NCBI GenBank assembly: GCA_002412065.1
Contig: GG730042.1
Coordinates: 1-51,950 of the forward strand
Origin: Candidatus Parvarchaeum acidiphilum ARMAN-4
GTDB lineage: Archaea; Nanobdellota; Nanobdellia; Parvarchaeales; Parvarchaeaceae
Direction of reading: 5' to 3'
DNA: 51,950 nucleotides
Both the position numbers and the translations under genes were made by a program. Below are positions 17,605 to 26,629 of the stretch, one piece after another. Numbering within the stretch: position 1 is the first letter of the stretch; each line of letters starts with the position of its first letter. A model generated the notes under the pieces. The model ran no database searches and had not been told where the DNA came from. It was given only the letters and a program-made list of their open reading frames with translations.

Positions 17605-18357
17605 ATGGGAGTTTTAAAGCTCATATTTTATGTTATAGTGGCTATAATCGTTTTTTCATTGATATCTACTTATATAATAAACATAAATGCACCGGAGGTT
17701 GCCGGCCTTATAGGGCAGTCTGCGCTTTCTTTCTTTAAGAGTGCCACATCAAACAATACAATGGTTTCGAATGGTGCTAATTTTTCGTATCCTGGTAACT
17801 GGCTTATTTTTTCCCCATCAGTTATAAATGGAGTTCCAATATTGTCGCAGAACAACAGCGGTTCAAAAATTATATCAGGTGAACTAACAAATTCATCAAT
17901 ATCTATAATATTGCCAAATTCATACATTTCAAATATTGTTGAAGACATACCAAGTGTTATTTCCGGCGCGATTTCAAAGAATCTGAGTCTTGCAAGCATA
18001 ACCAAACTTGCAAAGAATGTTGATTTAGTTCTGGTGGCAGATTTTAATATCCCGGCCAATTTTTCAAATGCTACTAACATAAATCAAGTAAGTAGTTTCT
18101 TAGATGCATTCAAAATAAGCACTTTGAATAATTCAAACATAAACTTATCTAACCAAAAAGGGATTTTAATAACAGATAGGAATGTAAGAATTCCCCAGAT
18201 AGAAAACCTTTCATTTGCATATGTTAAAGTTGCAATTGCAATTACTGGGAAAACAGTTTGCATGGTCTTTGGTTTAGCATCCGAGAACAGCTCTATAAAC
18301 AATGTAAACATCGGTTTTAGGAGAGTAACTGAAAGTTTAAAGTGCAAAGAAAGTTAA
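17605..18357 (+). CDS. Membrane-anchored extracellular protein
   Basis: N-terminal TM helix, FSYPGNW motif, many N-glycosylation sequons. Confidence 0.7.
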   Translation: MGVLKLIFYVIVAIIVFSLISTYIININAPEVAGLIGQSALSFFKSATSNNTMVSNGANFSYPGNWLIFSPSVINGVPILSQNNSGSKIISGELTNSSISIILPNSYISNIVEDIPSVISGAISKNLSLASITKLAKNVDLVLVADFNIPANFSNATNINQVSSFLDAFKISTLNNSNINLSNQKGILITDRNVRIPQIENLSFAYVKVAIAITGKTVCMVFGLASENSSINNVNIGFRRVTESLKCKES

Positions 18358-18388
18358 TTCTAACCTTTATAAAAACAATAATTTTAAT

Positions 18389-18460
18389 TGGAGCTAGAGG
18401 GATTTGCACCCTCACCGTCACGAGCTTCAGTCGTGTGCCCTCCTATTGGGCGATAGCTCC
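18389..18460 (-). tRNA. tRNA-Phe(GAA), intronless, CCA not encoded
   Basis: Minus strand GGAGCTA-TC-GCCC AATAGGA GGGC-A-CACGA CTGAAGC TCGTG-ACGGT-GAGGG TGCAAAT CCCTC-TAGCTCC-A; all four stems pair. Confidence 0.93.
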
Positions 18461-18565
18461 AAGATTATGATTACTTGATTAATATTAATAATTATACTCG
18501 CTCAAGAGTTTTTTATAAATTAAATCAATGAACTTAATATAAATGTGAAATTCTTATAAAAGGCA

Positions 18566-19600
18566 TCATTGAAATGAGAATTTGCATACTTCATCATTTA
18601 TGGCTGAGCATTCTTTTTCATTTAATCTAAGCATTGTTCCAGTAATCTTGTACGAAAGACTGGACAGTATACTTCCCAACAAAAAGCATCTTTTTTCAAT
18701 CGCATCATCAATATGCAAAGCATTAAATGAATTGTAGACATCAACCTCCAACAGGTAACCCAAATCATTTTTTAAGGTTGTTATCTTTCCAAAACCGCTT
18801 AATATAGATATTACACTTAAATCCATAATACCATATTTTTCTTTTATTAGCTGCAGATTGTACTGTTGATAAAGTTTTGCAAGTTCTTTCCCAGCCTGGT
18901 TTTCGATACCATATACACCCTGGCCTATTATCTTTCGTAATTTACTAAAAAGATATGGGAAGTAAACTACAGGTATTATTTCAGAGGGTATTGAATTTAT
19001 GAAGATATCCGTTTCGTCATTAGTTATCTCAATCTTCTTTAGTTTTTCATTTTTCTCGTCAAATACCTGCGAAGGTATATATGTATATTCATCCTTTGTT
19101 TCTTTTACATTAATATTGAAATAATCCGTATCAGCGTCTCCTGTGCTTCTGCATTTTTCTTCCGTAACTTCAACGTCTTTGTTAGTTATAATCCTGTAAA
19201 TCCCTGTTAGTAAGCCAATACTATTAAAACAATATGGAGAGTTTGTGATAATGTTCAAAAATGAGTTCATATTTCCGTCTATGCTTATTTTATAATTTCT
19301 TAAATCACTTGATATTTTATTTATCCTACCTATCCCAAGTTCTTTGAATAATGTGAACATCTCTATCTCGGTTTTTTCTTCGCCTCTTATCTTTAAGCTT
19401 TTTCTTTTTATCAAATCCTGTAAAAATGAGTAGAAAACCGTCGATGAAACCTCTTGAAATATGCTTTTAGTGGCAAGCCCCAATATAATGTTTACTGAAT
19501 TTTGTATTGATTCAATGCTGCCTTTAGGTAATACAAGGACTCTAATCTTGTTTAATAGATAAATCCCTCTATCTTCATCGTATTCTAACTCTCAATCCAT
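18566..19600 (-). pseudogene. Tandem V4R-domain protein with in-frame TGA at codon 3 (nonsense mutation or sequence error)
   Basis: ATG GAT TGA GAG TTA GAA TAC... reads MD*ELEYDEDRGIYLLNKIRVLVLP, in frame with ORF 18566..19483. V4R motifs C...G..EEKCRSTG and C...EKECSA...CKF. Confidence 0.7.
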
Positions 19601-19627
19601 ACATTTAGATAATTTCGCAAAATTTAT

Positions 19628-20440
19628 ATGCTTTTAAATATTAAAATTATGATGGCAACTTTGAAATTTAAGCTTAATACACTTATTTATATGTTTGTTG
19701 CCCTGCTTGCAGTAATAATAATAGCAGTATTATATATAGTGTTTTTTGTAAATGGTTCTGCAACAAAGAGTATTGGTAATAATTGGTTTAGTATAGACGG
19801 CGCAGCGCCAATAATTAATAATGGCAAACTATGGGTTAATTTTGCAGGGATAGAAGGTTGTGAGTACTGTGCAATAGAAAGATATGCACTATTTGATGCA
19901 CTGAGTAATTTTGGGAATTGGACTTATTACGGAAAATCTTTAGATATCAACACTTTGCCGGTAACAAATTATTCTCAAACTCCTCAGACAAATACTTTTT
20001 TTTATCATGCATATGAAGGAGATTGGACCTTGAATTTCCTTAATCCGCACCTTCTATATACATCAAATTACATAAATTTTACCTCGGAAGAGCTTTACAA
20101 TGATCAGTATCCAAATCCTTCTCCATTGCAGTCCTTTACACCTATCGAAGATAAGTATGCAACAAAATATGACCCACAAGGAGCTGTACCTTTCTCATTG
20201 ATAGGGGGCAATTTCTTCGAGGTGGGGGCTGGATCAAGCCTTGTCAACAACGGAGTTCCTATTATATTTGCAGCAAATGGGATAGGGTATATACCAAGCT
20301 ATATAATAGGCCAATTTAATATTACGGGTTCAGCTATAAACAAAGGAATAACCCAAGAGGCAGATTATATAACCGCAATGATATGCCAAGACATAAAGAA
20401 TGCTGCTCCAGTCTGTTCCGAATCGCTGCCAACGGTTTAA
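19628..20440 (+). CDS. DUF929 family membrane-anchored thioredoxin-like protein
   Basis: TM anchor, GIEGCEYCAIERY..ALSNFG, YDPQGAVPF..IGG, ITAMIC...APVC. Confidence 0.8.
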   Translation: MLLNIKIMMATLKFKLNTLIYMFVALLAVIIIAVLYIVFFVNGSATKSIGNNWFSIDGAAPIINNGKLWVNFAGIEGCEYCAIERYALFDALSNFGNWTYYGKSLDINTLPVTNYSQTPQTNTFFYHAYEGDWTLNFLNPHLLYTSNYINFTSEELYNDQYPNPSPLQSFTPIEDKYATKYDPQGAVPFSLIGGNFFEVGAGSSLVNNGVPIIFAANGIGYIPSYIIGQFNITGSAINKGITQEADYITAMICQDIKNAAPVCSESLPTV

Positions 20441-20486
20441 TCTAGAAAATAATTACTTTTATATACAAACAGATACTTTATATGTT

Positions 20487-21053
20487 ATGGCATTAGCACC
20501 AGTTGCATTCGCTATTTCTGCTTTCTCTGTAGCTGCTATAATTTCAGGTATAAACCTAAAACAAGCTAGCAAAGACAAAACAACTGCCAAAACTTTGGGT
20601 GTTATAGTTACTTTGGCTGGAATCGCGATATTTATGGCTTCATTACTCATGATAACTACAACTCCTTACGGAAGCAGTTATCCTGCGGCCAACGTTCAAT
20701 TGATGTTTTCACTTCTAATGCTAATATTTGCATTTGTGTGGATAACTTTTGGGATGACTTTATTGTATAACTGGGACATGAAATTCATAGGAGATATGAC
20801 TATGGTCCTTTTTGTATTTAATTTAATTGCAGTTATTGCATTGTTCTTCTGGAATTCAGGTTATGCTGTTTATAGCCTTGCGGATTTCGCAATAGTGGAA
20901 ATAACCTTAATCTCCTACTTATTTGATGAAGTAGGGTTCTTTGCGCTCACTCATGGCAAGATGAAAGCTAGTCTGCAATCAGGTTTTCTAATTGCGTCTG
21001 GTGTCCTTTCAATATTGCTCGCAGTGACTGCAAGTGGGATAATCCCTTTGTAG
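20487..21053 (+). CDS. Six-TM membrane protein, possibly an AmiS/UreI-like channel
   Basis: About six hydrophobic helices; LIFAFVWITFG...WDMK resembles the UreI/AmiS pattern. ATG 20487 preferred. Confidence 0.55.
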   Translation: MALAPVAFAISAFSVAAIISGINLKQASKDKTTAKTLGVIVTLAGIAIFMASLLMITTTPYGSSYPAANVQLMFSLLMLIFAFVWITFGMTLLYNWDMKFIGDMTMVLFVFNLIAVIALFFWNSGYAVYSLADFAIVEITLISYLFDEVGFFALTHGKMKASLQSGFLIASGVLSILLAVTASGIIPL

Positions 21054-21060
21054 ACAGATA

Positions 21061-21067
21061 GGAGGTG
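21061..21067 (+). promoter_or_regulatory. Shine-Dalgarno site
   Basis: GGAGGTG ending 6 nt before ATG 21074. Confidence 0.7.
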
Positions 21068-21073
21068 TTTTAA

Positions 21074-21727
21074 ATGGTTAGCGTTAAATGGTTGGGTCAT
21101 GCTGCATGGCTTACCACTTTCAAAGATACAAAAATAATAATTGATCCATTTCTTACAAATAATCCAAAGGCAGCAATGAAAGCCGATGATGTTAAAGCAG
21201 ATATGGTTCTTGTTACACACAACCATTTTGATCATCTTGGTGATGCATTTAGTATTGCAAAGAGAAACAATGCAAAATTAGTAGGCAAGTTTGAGCTTTC
21301 TTTAGATGCTCAAAAAGCAGGTATACCTGACGCAAATGCAATTGGCATGAATATAGGCAGTATGGCAAAATTCGGTTCCTTAGAAATCGCGATGGTTCCA
21401 GCGATACACAGCGGTAATGAAGGAGGGTTTATCATAAAAGGAGATGGTAAGACGATATATCATGCAGGAGATACAGCTTTGTTTAGTGATATGCAACTAA
21501 TAAAAAAATTATACAAGCCAGATATTGCTATGCTTCCAATTGGAGGCTTTTTCACAATGGGCCCAAATGAGGCTGCAATAGCTGCCAAATACATAGGTGC
21601 AAAGATAGTATTCCCAATGCATTACAATACTTTTCCTCCGATAGCACAGGATGCAAATAAATTCGCTAAGATGGTTAAAGGTTCAAAAGTAATTGTATTA
21701 GAACCCGGACAAGAAAGAGAGATTTAA
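21074..21727 (+). CDS. Metallo-beta-lactamase fold hydrolase (UPF0173)
   Basis: WLGHA, IDPF, THNHFDH, YHAGDT, PMHYNTF. Confidence 0.9.
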   Translation: MVSVKWLGHAAWLTTFKDTKIIIDPFLTNNPKAAMKADDVKADMVLVTHNHFDHLGDAFSIAKRNNAKLVGKFELSLDAQKAGIPDANAIGMNIGSMAKFGSLEIAMVPAIHSGNEGGFIIKGDGKTIYHAGDTALFSDMQLIKKLYKPDIAMLPIGGFFTMGPNEAAIAAKYIGAKIVFPMHYNTFPPIAQDANKFAKMVKGSKVIVLEPGQEREI

Positions 21728-21801
21728 ATCTTAATTTTAAATTACTGCACAGATTAGAAGCGGTTGAAAGTTATTAATACTACCTTTCTTCATTTGATTT
21801 A

Positions 21802-23046
21802 ATGGTAGAATACCACAAACATAAATTAGAAAATGGTTTGGAGGTCCTATTAAGCCCAAATAACTACCTACATAGTGCTTCAATTACCGTAGGCTTTAAA
21901 TATGGTCTTTTTAATGAAAGAAATGGAGAAACAGGAGTTTCCCATTTAATAGAGCATACAGTTTTTGAAGGTTCAAACAAAATAAACCATAAGAAGGTAA
22001 AAGATTTTTTAGAAAATAAGATGAATTATTATAACGGAGAAACTCACGATGAAATGACAATTTACAGCTTTAAATTTTTTGATCTTTCAAAATATGAGAA
22101 GGTATTCTATACGCTATCAGAGATGCTTTTTGATTCTTCTTTTCTAGAAGATAGTATAAAAAAGGAAAAAAATGCAGTCATAAACGAGGTACAGAGTAAA
22201 TTCGATTCGGAAATTCAATTAGATGCTACTATAGCAAGAGCATACATGTTTAGAAAGCCTGTTTTTACATTTTTAGGAGGGAATCCTAAGGTAATAGACG
22301 GTTTATCACGAGAAACTATGCTTGATTTATATTCAAAATACTATGCCCCTAATAATGCAGTTATATCCATAACAGGCAACTTCAATTCTAAAGACATAAT
22401 GTCCGGCATAAAAAATTATTTTGAGAGTATAGAAAAAGCCAATGCGAAACCAAAATTAGAAGTTTATACTGGTAGAACTGCTTATAAAAATATACATTTA
22501 AAGAGTTTCAATATCTACAAAGGCCAATCATCATTAGTATTTGGAATCAAACTACCCGGCGCGTACCAGATATATAATAAAACGGAAAGGGGCAGAGCAG
22601 CCATAGTCTACCTAACAGATTTGCTGTCTGGTAATCTAATGAGGGTTCTACGTGAAAAGACTGGATTAGCTTATTCTGCTGGAGCCGAATTTCATATTGG
22701 AATGCATACTGGAAATTTAATGCTGTATACAGTCGTTAACAACAAAGATTTTGAAGAGGCTAAGAGTTTAATATTTGATGAAATCGACGACATAGCAGCT
22801 GGAGAATTGGATGAAAAACCACTACAAAAAGCAAAACAAGAACTAAAGCTGAATATTGCAGACTTGGTTGATGATAGCTTTGATCATTCTCAAGCCCTAG
22901 TGAGGGGTAAACTAAACTATGGAAAGGACATAAATGAATTATATCGCGAGTCAATGAAACTCAGCCTGGATGATTTAAGGGAAGCAGCAGCGAATTATCT
23001 CAAAAAAGAAGGACAAGATAACTCAGTTCTTGTTACATCAAATTAA
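21802..23046 (+). CDS. M16 (pitrilysin) family zinc peptidase
   Basis: GVSHLIEH inverted Zn motif, EKNAVINE, LREKTGLAY. Confidence 0.9.
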   Translation: MVEYHKHKLENGLEVLLSPNNYLHSASITVGFKYGLFNERNGETGVSHLIEHTVFEGSNKINHKKVKDFLENKMNYYNGETHDEMTIYSFKFFDLSKYEKVFYTLSEMLFDSSFLEDSIKKEKNAVINEVQSKFDSEIQLDATIARAYMFRKPVFTFLGGNPKVIDGLSRETMLDLYSKYYAPNNAVISITGNFNSKDIMSGIKNYFESIEKANAKPKLEVYTGRTAYKNIHLKSFNIYKGQSSLVFGIKLPGAYQIYNKTERGRAAIVYLTDLLSGNLMRVLREKTGLAYSAGAEFHIGMHTGNLMLYTVVNNKDFEEAKSLIFDEIDDIAAGELDEKPLQKAKQELKLNIADLVDDSFDHSQALVRGKLNYGKDINELYRESMKLSLDDLREAAANYLKKEGQDNSVLVTSN

Positions 23047-23127
23047 TCTTAGAGTTTATAAATTCGCTTTAAAATTTAATCAAGGTTTTTATTACTATTG
23101 GAATTAGATTATATAATCGATTAACAT

Positions 23128-23182
23128 GAAATATTTATATCCTTTACTTTCCATCCAATAATATGCCATTTAAAGCCTTAAA
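23128..23182 (+). repeat. Promoter/5' block shared with the paralog at 1048..1102
   Basis: 55-nt match with one mismatch to the inverted copy. Confidence 0.9.
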
Positions 23183-24701
23183 TAATAGAGAAAAAGATAA
23201 AGCAGAACGTTCTGACATATATTCACACACTAAGAACTTAACTTTTACAGTAAAAACCAAGCGTTCTCAGTCAGCCTTAGAGTATATGATGACTTATGGT
23301 TGGGCTATCTTAATAATAGTCATAGTAGCCGTTATCCTCTATTCAATGGGTATCTTCAACCCAAGTTCAAGCATAACTTTTACAAGCTCTGGATTTTCAC
23401 CATTTACAGTATCCTCAAGCTTATGCAATAATATAGGATACAAAATAGCAGTATTGGCAGGTCCAATACCAAACAATGCAAATTCACTGACAATCAATAA
23501 AGTATACTTAACATCAGCAACAGGAGCTAACACAACAACAGCCAGTTATACATTGACAAACCCAGTAACATTGAAAAGCGGTCAGTCAGCAACAATACTA
23601 ATACCAAATGTTGCCTGTAATTCAGCAAATATCCATTATTCCTTATCAGCAAAAATACAGTACAGCTATGATGTTCCTACAATAGGCTTGCAAAATGTAA
23701 ATACAACAGGAACAGTGGCAGGAACCTCTATAACTGGAAAACCATCAACTTTAACAAGCTATGAACCAATAACCATAACTAACAGCCAAAGTTCAGCAAC
23801 TCCAAGTCCATTCCAGCAGATGGTTAATTTCACATCCTCAGATAACGGGTGGACAAGCATTTCAACAGGCAATTTTGGACAGAATGTAGAGTTCTTCTAT
23901 TACAATGGAACAGTTATACCCTCATGGTTAGAAAATTACACATCAACAAATGCAATTTGGTGGCTGAAGATAGCAGCTATACCTGGAGGCTCATCAGAAA
24001 CAGTCTATGTAGGTTTTGCTCCAAAAGCTACAAATCTATTCAACACAGTAAACGACGGTGAAGCTCCTCAATTAACATGTCCAAACCCTAATGATATTAT
24101 TTCTTGTTCTACCTATGCAAAATATGATGATGGCTATTATGTGTTTAATGGGGCAAATTCTTATTATGATAATTTTATAAACAATGCTAATTTATCTCAG
24201 TGGCAAGCCGGTTCTCCATTTCAAGGTGGTAATATGCCTTATGCAGATAATGGTTTATGGATGAACACGAATGTGTCAGGTGCACCCGTTGATTTTCATC
24301 TCCCTATAAATTTTAATTTTAACAATGCTTATTTTATAACTTATGGCAGTGGATATAACACCTCGGATTTATATTTAAGATGGGGCTATGGAATTTTGCC
24401 CGCTAATCCGACTGCCTATATAGCATCTGTTAATTTTTTTGTTGCAGCAAATGATTCATATGGTTATGGTACTTCATTTACTGATGACGTAAACTCTACA
24501 TATTATTTTTATTATGAAAAGGGAGTTTATTACGCCGTATCACCAACACAAAAGGTAAGTTTAACTTTACCAGATGCCGATTTGTCATCACTACAACTAG
24601 CAGGGCAATTGAATAGTGGAAATGCATACTGGGCGTATGTGGCGGTTGCTAATGTGCCAAATAATGTTATGCCAACCGTAAAATTTGGGGCAGTAAATTA
24701 A
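23163..24701 (+). CDS. Class III signal (pilin-like) surface protein with DUF2341-like domain and variable C-terminus
   Basis: KRSQSALEYMMTYGWAILIIVIV, PFQQMVN, NVEFFY.NGT.IPSWLE, NDGEAPQL, C-terminal PNNVMPTV. Confidence 0.85.
   Translation: MPFKALNNREKDKAERSDIYSHTKNLTFTVKTKRSQSALEYMMTYGWAILIIVIVAVILYSMGIFNPSSSITFTSSGFSPFTVSSSLCNNIGYKIAVLAGPIPNNANSLTINKVYLTSATGANTTTASYTLTNPVTLKSGQSATILIPNVACNSANIHYSLSAKIQYSYDVPTIGLQNVNTTGTVAGTSITGKPSTLTSYEPITITNSQSSATPSPFQQMVNFTSSDNGWTSISTGNFGQNVEFFYYNGTVIPSWLENYTSTNAIWWLKIAAIPGGSSETVYVGFAPKATNLFNTVNDGEAPQLTCPNPNDIISCSTYAKYDDGYYVFNGANSYYDNFINNANLSQWQAGSPFQGGNMPYADNGLWMNTNVSGAPVDFHLPINFNFNNAYFITYGSGYNTSDLYLRWGYGILPANPTAYIASVNFFVAANDSYGYGTSFTDDVNSTYYFYYEKGVYYAVSPTQKVSLTLPDADLSSLQLAGQLNSGNAYWAYVAVANVPNNVMPTVKFGAVN
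24030..24067 (+). repeat. 38-bp identical block shared with 226..263 (inverted)
   Basis: ACAAATCTATTCAACACAGTAAACGACGGTGAAGCTCC in both paralogs. Confidence 0.9.
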
Positions 24702-24864
24702 TTCCTGTAACTAAATTAACTTACTAGCAATTCTAATTATTACTAATTTCTTTTTATAAATAAAACTAAACTAAAGTATAATCATCTTGTTTCTGTTAAA
24801 ATTTACTTATTTATTTGATAATTTATATCGAAAAGGATTTAAATGTGTTATTATTTCTATAATA

Positions 24865-25560
24865 ATGCTTAATAAAAAACTGTTAGTTACAGGGTTGATT
24901 TTAGTTATAATATTCATAATTATATTTTTGCTTGTAAATTTCAAGATATCAAACAATTTTGATTTAACAGTCTTTAAACTAATAAACGAAAAATGGAGTG
25001 TTAGTTTCTTAGATCCTTTCTTTGCAGCTGTTGCAATTTACGGCAGAGAGTATTTCTGGGTACCAGTAGTCTTATTAATGTGGATTTTAGGTAGCGCTTT
25101 CAATAATGAAAAAGCAAAGAAAGGTGCAGTAATGCTTGTAGTAGTGTTCATAGCTATAATAATAATCGGTTTGTCTTTGAAAGCGGTTTATTATAGGCCA
25201 AGGCCTTTCCTTAACCCATTATTGTCTTCTGTGGATCATGTTCTAGTCCCTAAGGACCTTGATTCTTCCTTCCCATCAGGGCATGCCTTAATAGTCGCAG
25301 GCGGTGCCGCAATAGCATTTCTTTTCCTACGTAAAAGATATTCAATACCTTTGGTAATCGAAGCCGCTTTAGTCTCTTACGGCAGGGTTTATGTAGGTGT
25401 GCATTACCCAACAGACGTATTGGCAGGAGTTGTTTTGGGTGTTGCAATAGCTTTTATAATCTATTCTATCTTGGTTAACAATAAATATTTCAACAAACTT
25501 TATCAGCTTGTAGATAACATTTATAAAAAGATATTGCGGGCTGTAAGGCTTATAAAATAA
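24865..25560 (+). CDS. PAP2 family membrane phosphatase
   Basis: K....RPRP, SFPSGH, GRVYVGVHYPTDV; ATG 24865 preferred. Confidence 0.9.
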   Translation: MLNKKLLVTGLILVIIFIIIFLLVNFKISNNFDLTVFKLINEKWSVSFLDPFFAAVAIYGREYFWVPVVLLMWILGSAFNNEKAKKGAVMLVVVFIAIIIIGLSLKAVYYRPRPFLNPLLSSVDHVLVPKDLDSSFPSGHALIVAGGAAIAFLFLRKRYSIPLVIEAALVSYGRVYVGVHYPTDVLAGVVLGVAIAFIIYSILVNNKYFNKLYQLVDNIYKKILRAVRLIK

Positions 25561-25590
25561 AATTCAGGTTTTACATCATTTAGTAAAATT

Positions 25591-26598
25591 TTACTGTTTT
25601 TGCCGAAGTTTATATTTTTTCGATAGCTCTTTTATTTCTTTTATCAAATCAGACTCGGATTTAAACATGTTATCAACGAAGTAAGGAGTAAATGGGCTGT
25701 ATTTTTCGAAAGGGAAATAAAGCAAGACCTTTTTACCGGTAAAATGAGCATGCATTCTTTCTCCGTCAATTCCACTTGAATAAACTAAATCAGAAAGATA
25801 TACAACAGTAATATCTGTTTGGTCTACCAAATGAAAATCCCTTCGCACTGTCTGGTTAAATATAAGGTTCTTTGTCCTTTCATTTGCGTTTTCTTTATAG
25901 GCATCAATATCTACGGCTTTTGGGTTGAAAACTATCAGATATTGTCTTATCTTCTTTATGAATTTTTCCAAAGTTTCATATCCGCTTTTCCTATGCTCTA
26001 TAGAATAGCTTATGTAAGCTTTTGGTTTGTCAGGCCTGTAAATTAGCTCATATAAAGTATCTGGATCTTCTTTTGAGCCTATAACGTAATTTTTTCTGTT
26101 TATTGAGTTGCTTATTAAATCAGCAGTGTAAACCTCTAGTTCAGACCATAATGCTATTTCATATTCGTCTATGGTTTTGTCTTCCCAAGATTTTTTCTTT
26201 TGCAGGTTTTTATTGACGGTATTAGGGTCATTTAATACTGATATGAAAAAGTCAGGGTTAAGTGCTTTTAGGTCTTTTGAATTTAGTAGGTTTAATGGCC
26301 CTCCCCTCCACCAAAATGACATGTGTCCGTCTATTATATAATCGGTTTTTGTGTTTTCTTCTATGTTCATTTTTATGTTTTTAAGAGCAGTCCCCTTAAG
26401 TAACCTTATGTTCTCTATGTCCAAGTTAGGAATGTTTTTTGAATTTATGTAGGGGTTTGTCTTGTTGCCGACCTTGATCATTTCATCTATAAGGTTAATT
26501 ATCTCCAGGTTTTTACCATGTTGTTTAGCTATTTTCGTTGCCTTAGTTTCCAGGCTTATTCGATCAGAACCTGCTATTGCGCAGCTGAATATTATCAT
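25591..26598 (-). CDS. Nucleotide-kinase-like domain fused to nucleoside 2-deoxyribosyltransferase-like domain
   Basis: Adenylate-kinase-like N-terminus (IIDGH) with a degenerate P-loop; C-terminal AYISYS, RDFHLVDQTD, SSGIDGE..HA...KKV. Confidence 0.6.
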   Translation of the reverse strand: MIIFSCAIAGSDRISLETKATKIAKQHGKNLEIINLIDEMIKVGNKTNPYINSKNIPNLDIENIRLLKGTALKNIKMNIEENTKTDYIIDGHMSFWWRGGPLNLLNSKDLKALNPDFFISVLNDPNTVNKNLQKKKSWEDKTIDEYEIALWSELEVYTADLISNSINRKNYVIGSKEDPDTLYELIYRPDKPKAYISYSIEHRKSGYETLEKFIKKIRQYLIVFNPKAVDIDAYKENANERTKNLIFNQTVRRDFHLVDQTDITVVYLSDLVYSSGIDGERMHAHFTGKKVLLYFPFEKYSPFTPYFVDNMFKSESDLIKEIKELSKKYKLRQKQ

Positions 26599-26629
26599 TT
26601 ATTTATATAGATTTTTAAACTAATAAGCT

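Noticed and set aside
8450-18388. Integrated element between oriC and the tRNA-Phe 3' end
   Set aside because: No integrase and no duplicated tRNA 3' end (att) found by eye.
19592-19594. Genome-wide TGA recoding (Trp or Sec)
   Set aside because: TGA terminates other genes at sensible ends (e.g. 1919, 10612, 16596, 31216) and conserved Trp codons are TGG.
1-24701. Diversity-generating retroelement acting on the adhesin paralogs
   Set aside because: No reverse transcriptase in the window, and differences are not adenine-specific TR/VR-type.
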